Assembly: GCA_963701075.1 (NCBI GenBank)
Contig: OY969559.1
Coordinates: 448,001 to 512,000, forward strand
Direction: 5' to 3'
Source: an uncultured Nitrososphaerota archaeon
GTDB lineage: Archaea; Thermoproteota; Nitrososphaeria; Nitrososphaerales; Nitrosopumilaceae
Length of the DNA stretch: 64,000 bases
Part shown: one piece after another, positions 41,238-52,511 of the stretch
Position numbering within the stretch: the first letter of the stretch is position 1
Layout of the letters: every line of letters starts with the position of its first letter
Translations under genes and position numbers: made by a program
The notes under the pieces: generated by a model
Told to the model about the DNA's origin: nothing
Database searches by the model: none
Seen by the model: only the letters and a program-made list of their open reading frames with translations

Positions 41238-42044
41238 TTATTTCAAGTTTGCAAAGCTTTGAGAGCAAACATTGCTTGGCATATCATTTGTAGCCTTGCA
41301 AATTTCGCTAATCAGTGTGTTTGCTGTCCCATCTATGCCCTGGGCTACATTGCTATTGGGATTGTCAAGCTGCGAGCTTATCTGCTCCCAGGTCATCCCG
41401 GAGAGAAGACTTGGTTGGTATTGAGAGCCTGATACCATGTACTGGTTGGCAATATCTACAAAAGGTATGCCGCCTTGAGGGTTGTACGTCTTTGCCAAAG
41501 CATCCTGATCAGGCGTTGGAGTTTGCAGTGGAGTACTAAACCTGTCTTGAATTTCCACGGGCTGGAAAGAGATGTAGGGACTTGTATAAGTTGCCCCATA
41601 GAAAGAAAATGTTGGAGTGTTGGCATATTGGTCTGTAGGAGACGACTCCATGTAACTTAGATTGGTAAAGTTGCCAAATTTTGAAAGTGCTACTATCATG
41701 CTCCATCTTTCTGCAGCACAATAGGGACAGTACTCTGCCCCAAGATAAACAATGAGTGGCTTGTTGTTAGATGTAAGTGCGGGGCCTGAAATCTGGATAG
41801 GAGAAGTAGCACTTCCCTGACCAATAGACGACAGCGTGGAATCGCTCACATTTGATAATGAATTGTAGATATCTGAAGAGATGGGTTGCCCTATCATGCT
41901 TGTCGTGTTACTGCCATTATTTTGAGACAAATAAACAACAAATCCGATTATGGACGCAGCTATAATTACAGAAACTATGAGTATGCCCTTGCGATTTATC
42001 TTTGCCTTTGGTTTTTCAGATTCATTGGGTTTTTGGGGAGGCAT
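41238..42044 (-). CDS. DUF929-family membrane-anchored thioredoxin-like protein
   Basis: [21 protein letters not shown] signature. Confidence 0.85.
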   Translation of the reverse strand: MPPQKPNESEKPKAKINRKGILIVSVIIAASIIGFVVYLSQNNGSNTTSMIGQPISSDIYNSLSNVSDSTLSSIGQGSATSPIQISGPALTSNNKPLIVYLGAEYCPYCAAERWSMIVALSKFGNFTNLSYMESSPTDQYANTPTFSFYGATYTSPYISFQPVEIQDRFSTPLQTPTPDQDALAKTYNPQGGIPFVDIANQYMVSGSQYQPSLLSGMTWEQISSQLDNPNSNVAQGIDGTANTLISEICKATNDMPSNVCSQSFANLK

Positions 42045-42364
42045 GAAATATTTGCAAATCTACATGTAATAAGCCTAATTCCCCTTTCTATGTTTGTACC
42101 ACAACTGAGCCCTATTATTTTATTTGGCTTTTTTTCGGTTTAACCTTAATTGGCTCAAACTTCTTGGATTTTCCTATGCTCTTGAAAAGACACTTTTCAG
42201 AACAATGAGTAGCATGAGGATCTGATAATTCTTTTCCACAGACGTTGCATTTTCTTTTCAATTGCCTTTATGAAAACTAGAAGATTGTTAATAAAGACAC
42301 ATTCCTGTTACCAATTTTGATAATCAGATAAGAGGTCAAATTCTAACACTTTGGGATATAATAG

Positions 42365-42757
42365 ATGGCTCTTGTACCCATATTGAATGAAGAGCAACTC
42401 CTAGACAAACAACCAAATCAGATTACAAAAGAACTGCTTCTTGTAATCCTTGCAGACAAGCATTCCAGAAAAATCATTGAATCAACAATAGAATCTCCAA
42501 GATCGGCAATGGATCTTGCAAATAATTTTGGGGTACCGTTGAATACTGCATACCGGAGACTAAAAATGCTGGAAAAATGCAAGATATTGAAAATCTCTGG
42601 AATCATAACAGATGATGGAAGAAAGGCCTTCCTTTATCAAAGCAGAATAAGAGTGATAAAGGTAAACTGCATTGGCAACTCATGCGAGGTTGAGATTATT
42701 CCAAATGATCTCATAGACAACACACGTGATTTCAGCCTACAAAGATCTACGCTCTAA
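42365..42757 (+). CDS. ArsR-like wHTH regulator
   Basis: LADKHSRKII...SAMDL...VPLNTAYRRL...DGRKAFLY. Confidence 0.8.
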   Translation: MALVPILNEEQLLDKQPNQITKELLLVILADKHSRKIIESTIESPRSAMDLANNFGVPLNTAYRRLKMLEKCKILKISGIITDDGRKAFLYQSRIRVIKVNCIGNSCEVEIIPNDLIDNTRDFSLQRSTL

Positions 42758-43209
42758 TCAGTGGAAATTTTTGTTGGTAAATGAGAAGTTAAAAACCCTC
42801 TAGTATCCACATTTGACAACTTTCCCTTGATAGCATATGCGACAATGAATTTGGTATTAGGTTCCTCCTCTTCATTGGGCATTCCCCATTCGTTATTGTT
42901 GTGCCCACAATTGTATTCAAAAGTCTTACCCCATGAAAATTTTGGCACTTTTTGGTTCTTTTTCACTTTATGATATTGTGTAAAAATGGTAGTTAAGTTA
43001 GTAAGTCTGCAGTGCCATGCAAACGCAATCGAGATAAAATAAAATTATTGCATAATTATCTTTTATTCTAACTTGATTTAATTTTCATAAAGCAGGTAAC
43101 AAATTTTCAACAATGCAATTATTCAAAATTTGATCAATATTTCACGGTTCTACAAAAGCGAGCCAAAAATATGACCATGATGGTGCAGTCTTAGTAGATC
43201 ACGTATATA

Positions 43210-44083
43210 CAACTCATCCTAAAACCCTCCAATACATCATTATTCCAGTAATGTTAAGAAATGCCAGATAATTTTCTGCAATTCTCTCATATCTGATTCT
43301 AATTCTGTGGAATCCACATTTGAGCCATGCAAAGAATCTCTCCACCACGTATCTTGTCCTGTTGTAATTACTCTGACTTTTCTTATTGTTGTTATTTTTG
43401 AAATTTCTGGATGGAATGCAGTCCCTGATGTTTCTATTCTTTAGATACTCTCTAATCTTTTTTGCATCATAACCCTTGTCTGCATATACAGCTACGATCT
43501 GTTCTATGGAATCATCATCAAGATATTCAGAGATGTTTTCCATCACATCGATGAGCTTTGTTGAATCATGCTCATTTGCAGGACCAATAATTATTGATAC
43601 TGGAAGTGAATTGCAATCTACTGCAACATGTATTTTCGTGCCTGATATTCTTTTGAATCCGTCGTATCCTGTCACATCTCCCCTTTTTTGGCTGCAACAG
43701 TTGACGAATCAACCGATACCTTTTGCAGCTGTATCTTCCCTGAATGGTGTGCTGATTTTATTGCATCAGATAAGATATTTTGCCAGATTCCTTTTTGCTG
43801 CCATTTCTGCAATCTGAGATGAGCAGTTGATTTTGAGCCGTATCTTTTTGGCATCTCCTCCCACCTGCAGCCGGTAACCAGAATAAACATGATTCCATTT
43901 ATTGTGGTACGGTCATCACACCTTGGTCTGCCTGTTCTGGCAGGCGATGGAAGGTGTTTTTGTATTGTTTCCCATTGTTTGTCTGAGATTTCTTGGAATT
44001 TCATGGAATCAGTGTGATTATTCCATCTGATAGATCCAGTGATCGTCAAAAATTTACTAAATGATCAGTTTTAGGATGAGTTG
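43210..44083 (-). mobile_element. IS5-family element, copy 3, with matching ATA target duplication
   Basis: Same inverted repeats; ATA on both sides (43207-43209 and 44084-44086). Confidence 0.95.
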
Positions 44084-44114
44084 ATAGTACAATGTTCAAT
44101 GATAAGTGGTGCTG

Positions 44115-44328
44115 ATGGAAGTTATTCTCAAAGCCCAGTGATGCTCTTAGGATTGAGCAAATAGCAAGAAAGACATTTCAGTATAACTACAGTTCTTTTA
44201 GTATAGAAAACACCACTCTTCAAAATAACACTTGGTTTGTGAAAGGAACTGTAACCCTATTTACTAAACAATCAAGTAAAACACTTGTAATTGATGCTAA
44301 AACTGGCAGGATTATCAATTGTAAATAA
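44115..44328 (+). CDS. small PepSY-like protein, apparent frameshift near the start
   Basis: C-terminal W.V.G...LVIDAKTGRII motif. Confidence 0.4.
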
Positions 44329-44357
44329 AACCCCGAATCTTAACAGTAGATAAAAAT

Positions 44358-45584
44358 TTAAGCAAATTTCTTCTCTATTTCACGGCAAACAAATCTTGCA
44401 ATCTTTTCCTTGTCCTTCCATCCTGATACTGATTCCCTATCAGAATCAACTACGATCACATTGTTGTGTTTCGGATTCTTTCTATACTTTTTTCCTATGT
44501 CGTTTGCAATGATTATGTCAGCATCTGATTCGTGCAGCTTTTTGCGAGATAAAGCAATCAACTTTTCTTGCGAGACATCAGTCTCTGCCTTGAAGCCGAC
44601 AAGAAAGACGTCTTTTTGAATTTTTTTTACCTCATTGATTATCTTTGGCACTTTTCTTAGTTTCACAATCATCTTGTCAGAGCTGCTCTTGATCTTTGTC
44701 TTGCTTGGGTTCTCTACGGTGTAGTCAGATACTGCAGCAGCCAGTATGACAATGTCAAATCTCTGCCTCATCTCATGCCTTACTGCGTCAAGCATCTCAC
44801 TGCTTGTCTTTACATTCACCACTTTTGCCCCCTTGGGAGCAGGCTCTGCACCGGGACCATAGACAAAGGTGACCTTTGCACCTGATGATACAAGCTCCCT
44901 TGCAAGCAAAACTCCAGTCCTTCCTGTACTCTGGTTGGTTATGACACGGACAGGGTCAATGTATTCTATGGTAGGTCCTGCAGTAATCAGCACTTTTTTT
45001 CCTTGCAGAATAGAAGACGCACCATATTTTTTCAATACAAAATCCAAAACTTGCTTGGGTTCTGCAGCCTTTGCCTTTCCTTCTACAAACTGCGGAGAAA
45101 TAAACCACACCTTATTTTTTAAAAATTCAATATTTTTTACAACCGCCGGATTCTCATACATGGATTGGTGCATGGCAAGTGAAATCACAATAGGAATCTT
45201 GGAACCAAAACCCACACTGAGTACTGTAGAAATGGGAGTATCGTCTATCCCGTTTGCAAGTTTTCCAAGCGTATTTGCAGTGCATGGATACACAACAATC
45301 AGGTCAGACTGTTTATAATCTGCAACCTTGATGTGCTCCAAGTCTCCTGTAAGTTTTGTAATCACCTCATTTCCAGTTGCCCACTTGAAGTAGCTCGGTT
45401 TTATCAGATCAGTTGCTGCCTTGCTTGCAACACAGGTGACGTCTGCGCCGTGGCGCATCAAGAGCCTTGCAAGCTCGATTGCCTTGTATGCAGCAACGCT
45501 TCCTGTAATACACAAGACAATTTTTTTTCCGGCAAGCTCTGTACCGTCAGAGCTTACGATATCCAGTGATGGATGTTCACGCAA
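44358..45584 (-). CDS. coaBC: phosphopantothenoylcysteine decarboxylase/synthetase
   Basis: TGSVAAYK, PCTANTLGK, TAGPTIEYIDPVR, AAAVSDY, VGFKAET. Confidence 0.95.
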   Translation of the reverse strand: MREHPSLDIVSSDGTELAGKKIVLCITGSVAAYKAIELARLLMRHGADVTCVASKAATDLIKPSYFKWATGNEVITKLTGDLEHIKVADYKQSDLIVVYPCTANTLGKLANGIDDTPISTVLSVGFGSKIPIVISLAMHQSMYENPAVVKNIEFLKNKVWFISPQFVEGKAKAAEPKQVLDFVLKKYGASSILQGKKVLITAGPTIEYIDPVRVITNQSTGRTGVLLARELVSSGAKVTFVYGPGAEPAPKGAKVVNVKTSSEMLDAVRHEMRQRFDIVILAAAVSDYTVENPSKTKIKSSSDKMIVKLRKVPKIINEVKKIQKDVFLVGFKAETDVSQEKLIALSRKKLHESDADIIIANDIGKKYRKNPKHNNVIVVDSDRESVSGWKDKEKIARFVCREIEKKFA

Positions 45585-46410
45585 TCTCTTTTCTCAACCT
45601 TTCAAGTTCTGCTTTGTCAATTGAAAACGAATGCTCCTGTGATGGAAACTTGCCAGATATCACATCGTTCTTGTAAGACGTAACTGCCTTTACAATATCT
45701 CCTGCAAGCTCAAGATACCGCTTGGCAAATTTTGGCTTTAACTTTTCAAACAGGCCCAAGACATCGTGCACGACAAGCACCTGTCCGTCACAATCTGGTC
45801 CTGAGCCAATCCCTATTGTAGGAATGCTGATTGATTCTGTTATTATCTTTGATACTTCTCTTGTTACCATTTCAAGTGCAATGCTAAAGGCACCAGCTTC
45901 TTCTAGCGCCCTGGCATTTTGGATTAGAGCAAGAGCAGCATCCTTTGTCTTTGCCTGCACCTTGTAGCCCTCCTGCAGTGTGGTAGTCTGCGGCTGGAAC
46001 CCGATATGCCCCATTACAGGTATGCCTATATCCACAATTGACCTGACAGTATCTTTTATCTCGATTCCGCCCTCTAGTTTTACTGCATCAGCACCTGACT
46101 TGATCAATCTGCCGGCATTCTCAATTGCCTGCGACCTGCTTGCCTGGTATGACATGAACGGCATGTCTGCTACAACCATCGCGTCCTTTCTTCCCCTGTT
46201 TACTGCCTCTGTAAAAAAACACATCTGCTCCATGGTAACAGGTATGGTGTTTTCATAGCCCAGCATCACCATTCCACCGCTGTCACCTACAAGCAGGATA
46301 TCAACGCCGGCTCTATCACAAAGCTGTGCAGTGGTGTAATCGTATGCAGTGATAACCGTAATCTTTTTGGAATTTTTCATAGAGGTTATGTCTCTTACAG
46401 ATTTAGGCAT
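45577..46410 (-). CDS. panB: ketopantoate hydroxymethyltransferase
   Basis: TAYD, LVGDS, ADMPF, VKLEGG, TIGIGSG..CDGQVLV. Confidence 0.96.
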   Translation of the reverse strand: MPKSVRDITSMKNSKKITVITAYDYTTAQLCDRAGVDILLVGDSGGMVMLGYENTIPVTMEQMCFFTEAVNRGRKDAMVVADMPFMSYQASRSQAIENAGRLIKSGADAVKLEGGIEIKDTVRSIVDIGIPVMGHIGFQPQTTTLQEGYKVQAKTKDAALALIQNARALEEAGAFSIALEMVTREVSKIITESISIPTIGIGSGPDCDGQVLVVHDVLGLFEKLKPKFAKRYLELAGDIVKAVTSYKNDVISGKFPSQEHSFSIDKAELERLRKEIA

Positions 46411-47149
46411 GTGTCATTCTCCCAAGATTGTTTTTTATTATAATGATGGACTGGCTCAGGTTCTTTTTATTGTCAAACTTGAAATTTTTGTCTAGGCGAG
46501 ATTTTTTCATCTTTTTACAGGATTCAATTAAGAGCTGCATTCCCCTTGTTACATTGTCAACTATGGTGATGTCAGCAGTCTGTGCTGTGCGCGACATTGG
46601 GTTGAGATCAAATGTTATCACTTTTTTTCCAAGTTTTTTCAGTGCTATCGTCCTGTCTCCGTCCTCTAGCGGTACCAGTACAACGTCTGCAATGAATATG
46701 CCGCGCTCGTCAACAACCCTTCTTGCGCTGTCAAGGTTTGGAATCTTTTGTGAAAACTTGGCATCAAGTCCCAGTATTTCCTTTGCGCCGTTTTTTTTCA
46801 GTATACCAGCTATTGCCTTTTTTCTTTTTTCGCTTGCATAAAACAGGTTTACTTCAATCTCTGCACCGGTTGCCTTTGCAAGCAGAACTATCTCCTTTGG
46901 ACAAAGTGCAGCCAAGTTGCCGTTTACTGATATGACAGACCTCTTTGCCAAAAGCAGCATGCAAGAGGCAGCCTTTATGGCATCATGAGAGGTTTTCGAA
47001 GTCTTCTCGCCTATTAGATAATCAAACATCTCGCCTCTGCCGTGAGCCAAGAGCCCTTCTTCTGCAACCAAGCCCTCTTTGTATCCACGAACCAGCCTCT
47101 CTCTGATATGCAGGGATGCAGCTCTTGGGTGAGATCTTGGAATCAGCAC
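46403..47149 (-). CDS. archaeal phosphopantothenate synthetase (PPS)
   Basis: IPRSHPR, AHGRGE.FDYLIGE, SVNGN, VPLEDGDR, DLNP.SRT. Confidence 0.9.
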   Translation of the reverse strand: MLIPRSHPRAASLHIRERLVRGYKEGLVAEEGLLAHGRGEMFDYLIGEKTSKTSHDAIKAASCMLLLAKRSVISVNGNLAALCPKEIVLLAKATGAEIEVNLFYASEKRKKAIAGILKKNGAKEILGLDAKFSQKIPNLDSARRVVDERGIFIADVVLVPLEDGDRTIALKKLGKKVITFDLNPMSRTAQTADITIVDNVTRGMQLLIESCKKMKKSRLDKNFKFDNKKNLSQSIIIIKNNLGRMTHA

Positions 47150-48037
47150 TAGGATGCTCTCAGCTCCGCTTTTATCAATCTCTGTCTTGATAATTATTCC
47201 ATCATGATATTTTTCTAAAACTTGAAGAACTTCAGATTCTCTTGTCTTTGGTATTAACGTAAACACAGTTTCTCCAAACATTGCAATGCCGCACTTGAAT
47301 CCATGCTGTTGCAGGTCGTCAATTACCTGCTGCATCTTTGGAGTGATAACTCCAACATACTTGGCAAATTCCAGTGACATGTCAAGAAATTCCATCTGGT
47401 CCCTTGACTTGAGCAATCTTGTAACCATCTTTCCGCCAAGGCCGTTTATCTTTGAAAGTTGTGTTGCGATGAATTTCTTTGTAGATATTGGAGAAAAACA
47501 AATTACAATTGCAGAATGATCCGTGTGAATTTTTTTGAGGCTGCCAATTCCTGGTGCACCATGCCTTGTCCTTATCTCAAAGCCTCCATGGTATGACGAT
47601 AATACCGTCCCAAGTCCTGTCTTGCAGTGGATCTCTGCGTTGTGAGCAATCTGCCCTACCTGAGTACGAGAAAGATTTATTCCAAGTGCTTTGTTTAGTG
47701 CAAATGCCAAGCTTAGTGCAACAGCACCGCTAGAGCCCAGCCCATAACCCACAGGAATCTCGCTGTGGTGTTCTATTTCAAAAAAATAATTTGCCTTGAC
47801 AAGCTTCAAAAATTCTCTTGCAACAAATTCTGATACCTGGGTATTGTCAGACTTGTAACCGGTAACACTAATTCTAAAACCACGCTTGCCAGATGTTGTA
47901 ATCTTTACCTTTGTTGTGACGCCTTCTTTTATGCAAAATCCCGCCCCGATGGACCCCTTGAGTTCCGGCTTTAACGGCTCTACTTCGGCCTTGAAAAAGC
48001 CAGTTATGTGCCCCGGTGCAAAGGCTGCTGCCTGCAT
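47149..48037 (-). CDS. pantoate kinase (PoK, GHMP family)
   Basis: AFAPGHITGFF, GSIGAG, PVGYGLGSSG; stop restored by removing one base at 47161. Confidence 0.9.
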
Positions 48038-48099
48038 GACTAGTTTAAATTTTGATAAAAATATAAAAATGATCATTATATTGTTTATATTGATATAAA

Positions 48100-49074
48100 T
48101 TGACTAAATTCATTCGACGCCTGCAAAAGATAGGCAGCAGCATCCTGGTCTCGTTGCCAATTGAGTGGGTGCAATCAAACAAACTTGAAAAAAGCGACGA
48201 GGTAGAAATTGAGACAGGAGTCAACAGTATATCAATTACTCTGACTGGGAGCAGCAGAGTACCAAAAGAAGTCGTGATACAGTATCCGGTCTCAAAGGAG
48301 GAAAACATCAGTGCAGACATTACGGGTGCTTATCTTCTGGGGTACGATATAATCAAGATAAAAGGAAAGTCTGCAATCTCAGTTGGAGACCGAGAAAGAA
48401 TTCGTGGCCTTATGCGCAGACTTGTCGGTATGGAAATTGTTGATGAAGATGCAACAAATGTTAACGTACAATTTCTCTTGGATGCTACAACCCTAAGCCC
48501 TGACAAGATCCTAAAGAGAATGAGCTCAATCGCGCTTGGCCTGTTTCGTGATACAATAAATTCGCTCACATCAGATGATAAGACAGTATTGCAGACAATT
48601 CCAAGCAGGGATGATGAAATTGACAGGCAATACTTTTTGCTTGTCAGGCTTATTCGTAGCGCAATGGTAGACAAGAAGCTTGCAACTGCATTCAATCTAG
48701 GAAACATTGACATCTTGGATTATAGAATTGCAGCAAACCTGATGGAAAGTGCAGGTGATACAATTGTAGAGCTTGCAAATTCAATACCAGAACTAGGTGG
48801 ATCCAAAACAGATGCAAAGAAGCTTCATCTCTTGGCAGTAGAGATTGAAAACATCCACGAAAAATCCATTACCTCATTTATCGAAAACAATCGATTACTT
48901 GCAATCGAGGCAATAAAGTCATTTAGAAACTATCAAAAGAAAATTGCTGACATACGTTCATCGGAGCCAAAAAAACAAGTATCAATACAATTTTTAGACT
49001 TGGTATATACACTTGAAAAACTTGCAAGATGCTGGGCTGATATTGCGGATCTGGTAAAACCAGTCTATACGTAG
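48100..49074 (+). CDS. AbrB-PhoU phosphate-uptake regulator
   Basis: RRLQKIGSSILVSLPIEW, AYLLGYD, RDDEIDRQYFL. Confidence 0.88.
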   Translation: MTKFIRRLQKIGSSILVSLPIEWVQSNKLEKSDEVEIETGVNSISITLTGSSRVPKEVVIQYPVSKEENISADITGAYLLGYDIIKIKGKSAISVGDRERIRGLMRRLVGMEIVDEDATNVNVQFLLDATTLSPDKILKRMSSIALGLFRDTINSLTSDDKTVLQTIPSRDDEIDRQYFLLVRLIRSAMVDKKLATAFNLGNIDILDYRIAANLMESAGDTIVELANSIPELGGSKTDAKKLHLLAVEIENIHEKSITSFIENNRLLAIEAIKSFRNYQKKIADIRSSEPKKQVSIQFLDLVYTLEKLARCWADIADLVKPVYT

Positions 49075-49593
49075 ATCTTCTTTTTCATTGCATATGTCAG
49101 CACTGCACAAATTGTTTTAGAGTCGGCAATCTTTCCTGACAAGACCATCTTTAGCGCTTTTCTAAAATCAATCTTTACTACCGATATTATCTCATCCTCG
49201 TCAAGTTCTAGTCCTGATACCTTTTTGATTCCAGATGCCACAAAGCAATGGATTACCTCAGTGTTGTACCCAATTGAAGGATAGTACTTGACAAGCGGGG
49301 CCATCTTCTTTGCCTCATAACCAGTCTCTTCTTTTCAGCTCACGGAACGCACATTTTCTTGGGCTTTCGCCCTTGTTTAGCGTTCCAGCAGGAATCTCAA
49401 GCACAAACCCATGAGGAAACCTATGTTGTTTCACAAGCAGCAACTTGCCTTTTTCTATTGCAAGCATGGCAGCAGCGCCTGGATGCTCGATTACTTCTCT
49501 TGTTACTTTGCGTCCTCCAAGTGATAATTTGTAAACGCTAAGAGAAAGAATTTTTCCCTTGAAAATTTTCTTTCGCATCAAATGAAACAACAA
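49065..49593 (-). CDS. NUDIX hydrolase (ADP-ribose pyrophosphatase-like), apparent frameshift at 49336
   Basis: EIPAG...GE...CAFREL[K]EETGY Nudix box restored by a 1-bp deletion. Confidence 0.88.
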
Positions 49594-49602
49594 CTAGATA
49601 TT

Positions 49603-50508
49603 TTATGAACGTATCTGGGGAACTACGTGCAGTCTCTTTGATTTCTTTGTATGCGTTATGGCATTTTTGATCCATTTCTGTACAAAATTAATCTCTTTTG
49701 GAATGAAAAGATCAGTTGATTGTATCCCCTCAACTTCGTGAACTTTTTGGCTTAGCTCATCAATCTTGTATATGTCATCACTATAAAAAAAGAGCACTAT
49801 TTGGTTTTGGTGTACAAACGGCTTTTGCAAAAATGACTCTGCAAACTTTTTTTCTAATTTGGATAATGTAGTCTTAATGTCTCCGTCAACTGTGGCAAGA
49901 ACTGCAAACGGAATATATTTTCCCATTTTTCTTGGATTGTAAATCAAGGTAAATAGAATTGCCTCGTCGTTTTGCAGTTTGTCAAGTGATCTTGCTATTG
50001 TTTTTGTGGAAAAGCCCGAGAGCTTGGCAATCTCCTCTATCTTTAATCGCGGATCCGTTAACAAGATATCCATTATCTCAATGTCAGTCTTTGTCAAGTC
50101 AGATCTTATCTCTGGATTTTTTGCTTCAAATATACTAAGAACCCTGACATCTCTTAGAATATTTTTTGCAATCTCCATTGCATGTTCTGGATTTTCTTTT
50201 ACTACAATACTGCATACAGTAATTCCTCCCACACATGGAACAACAAAGAACGGCTCTCCGACAAGTCGTATCTTGTCTAAAATATAGTCAAGCTTTTTTC
50301 CTATTACAACAAAGTATAGTACACTGTAGCCAAAAACTGGCGGCTCAATTTTTAATGTGAACTGCTCAATGATTTTTTGCTTTATCATTTTCTGAATCCT
50401 GGATTTCACAGCTACTCCTGAGATTCTAATCTCCTTGCCTATCTGGCTGTCAGGTGTCCTGCAGTTATTCAATAAACGTGACAGGATCTCCATATCTAAT
50501 TTGTCCAT
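49603..50508 (-). CDS. tandem Lrp/AsnC-family regulator
   Basis: Two HTH-RAM repeats (MDKLDMEIL..., LTKTDIEIM...). Confidence 0.85.
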   Translation of the reverse strand: MDKLDMEILSRLLNNCRTPDSQIGKEIRISGVAVKSRIQKMIKQKIIEQFTLKIEPPVFGYSVLYFVVIGKKLDYILDKIRLVGEPFFVVPCVGGITVCSIVVKENPEHAMEIAKNILRDVRVLSIFEAKNPEIRSDLTKTDIEIMDILLTDPRLKIEEIAKLSGFSTKTIARSLDKLQNDEAILFTLIYNPRKMGKYIPFAVLATVDGDIKTTLSKLEKKFAESFLQKPFVHQNQIVLFFYSDDIYKIDELSQKVHEVEGIQSTDLFIPKEINFVQKWIKNAITHTKKSKRLHVVPQIRS

Positions 50509-50625
50509 TCTCTATATCCCCCTCTCACTATTCTTTCAATTTAGAACATCTTGTATATATAATTGTCTTGTTCTCAAATAAAAACATGACAAAATATTAA
50601 ATATGCGACTATTTCTTGATCCTTC

Positions 50626-51826
50626 GTGGATTATAGAGCCCAGATAGGCATCAGATTTATCACAAGAAAGAGAGGCAGTCTGATTGCTGCCTGCCTTGCT
50701 ATTGCTATTGCCATACTGGTAGTTTCGGTAAATTCGGTAATCTTCCAAGGTCTGTACGATGCCATTGTCAGAGACCTAGTCAACTATCATTACGGAAACG
50801 TCTACATTACAAAAAAAGGAGATTTTATCACAAGAAATGATTTTGAGTTGGTAAACTGGCTTGATAGAATTCCGTGGGTTCAAGCAGCAACGCCAAGATT
50901 GTTTACAAGCGTATATTCCATAAATGCAACCGTAAATGGCCAGCTAGTTCAGGATTATAATGTTCCATTTACTATGGTTGGGGTCAACCCGTTTTGGGAT
51001 GAACAAGCATCCACTTTGTACAAAGTCTGTAAAAGGCCAGTACGTTTCAACAAGGGACTCGATAGTTTTAGGGATACTTGTTGACCGGGACCTTGGATAT
51101 CCAAAGATTGGCGATACTGTAAAGTTAAAAGTTCACGATCAATTTGGTAACGATGTACTCAAAAGATTTGTGATTGTTGGAACATCTGAGACGGCTGGCA
51201 ATAACGGCTATGATAATGGTGCAATAATCAACATTGATACAATGCGGGAAATGATACAAAGGCCAGGCCAGACATCAGAAATTCTTGTCAAACTAAATGA
51301 TCCAACAAAGGCAAATGATACCAAGCAACTTTTCCTTGACGCATTTCCATCAACTGCCGATGATTTCAAAGCTCAGACAATACAACAAGCAGCAGAAGTG
51401 CAACTCAGCGGTTTCAAGTCAGGCATTGCATTAATTAATCTAGTTGGACTTTTCGGAATGGTTTCGTCTGCCTTTGGTGTTGTAACAATACAGATGATGC
51501 AAGTGGCAAACAAAACACGTGATATTGGTGTACTAAGGGCAATAGGTGCCAAGAGAAAAGACATCCTAATGATATTTATTTTTCAGGGAATAGTGATAGG
51601 CAGCTTAGGAGTCCTTGTAGGAACAGCTTTGGCAATAGGTTATACCACATATGCAAAAGATACCCACATGACATTCAATGGAAGTCTGGCTTTGGAGGTC
51701 TCATACAATTGGCCAGGCCTAATTCAAACTGACATCCTGGCATTTACACTTACTATTGTGGCATCGATATATCCTGCATTCAAGGCTACACAACTACAAC
51801 CAGTGGAGGCAATGCGAACTGCCTGA
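50626..51826 (+). CDS. MacB/LolE/FtsX-type ABC permease, apparent frameshift near 51024
   Basis: KTRDIGVLRAIGA, YPAFKA...PVEAMR. Confidence 0.88.
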
Positions 51827-52511
51827 TAACGTACTCGAAGTTCGCAATCTGGAGAAGATATATGGTGAAGGCGAAACCTCAGTTAAGGCATTACAAAATA
51901 TCAATTTCACTGTTAAGCGAGGTGAGTTTCTCTTGATAGTAGGCAGCTCAGGTTCTGGCAAAACAACACTACTGAACATGATAGGTCTGCTTGATAGGCC
52001 AACAAGTGGTACTATATTGATTGATGGAGTAGACACTTCAACTCTCAATGATAACCAACTTGCATCGTTTAGAAATTCAAAGCTTGGATTCATATTCCAA
52101 TTCTCAAATCTATTGACTGACTTGACAGTTCTGGAGAACGTCGTTTTGCCAAGAAAGATTCATGGCTCCATGGACGGCTCAGAGGAAGATGCAAGGACAC
52201 TTCTCAAAACTGTCGGGCTTGAATCACAATTTAACAAATTTGGAAATAAAGTATCTGGAGGACAAGCTCAGCGTGTTGCCATCACGCGAGCTTTGATAAA
52301 CAAGCCAGCTATTGTTCTAGCTGATGAGCCAACTGGAGCCTTGGATTCTATATCGGCAGAGACTATAGTACAGCTTCTAAAGTCACTGAACAGAAAACTC
52401 AACCAGACTTTCATCATAATCACACATGAAAGGCCGCAATTTGGCGAGGTTGACAAAGTAATAACAATAAAGGACGGTAGAATTATTGAGGGAGAACTGG
52501 AGACAAGATGA
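51756..52511 (+). CDS. LolD-like ABC ATP-binding protein
   Basis: GSSGSGKT, VSGGQAQR, LADEPTG; true start probably near 51819. Confidence 0.92.
   Translation: MWHRYILHSRLHNYNQWRQCELPDNVLEVRNLEKIYGEGETSVKALQNINFTVKRGEFLLIVGSSGSGKTTLLNMIGLLDRPTSGTILIDGVDTSTLNDNQLASFRNSKLGFIFQFSNLLTDLTVLENVVLPRKIHGSMDGSEEDARTLLKTVGLESQFNKFGNKVSGGQAQRVAITRALINKPAIVLADEPTGALDSISAETIVQLLKSLNRKLNQTFIIITHERPQFGEVDKVITIKDGRIIEGELETR

Noticed and set aside
28356-44083. Composite transposon formed by IS5 copies 2 and 3
   Set aside because: Copy 3 has its own matching ATA duplication and copy 2's flanks pair with copy 1, so they are independent insertions.
46403-48076. Apparent pantoate kinase-phosphopantothenate synthetase fusion (557 aa)
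   Set aside because: The junction has the AGCT[G]A extra base; removing it gives GARAS-stop overlapping a GTG start, the normal two-gene layout.
49065-51826. Pseudogenisation of housekeeping genes (Nudix, ABC permease)
   Set aside because: Single-base indels with otherwise intact motifs, best explained as sequencing error.
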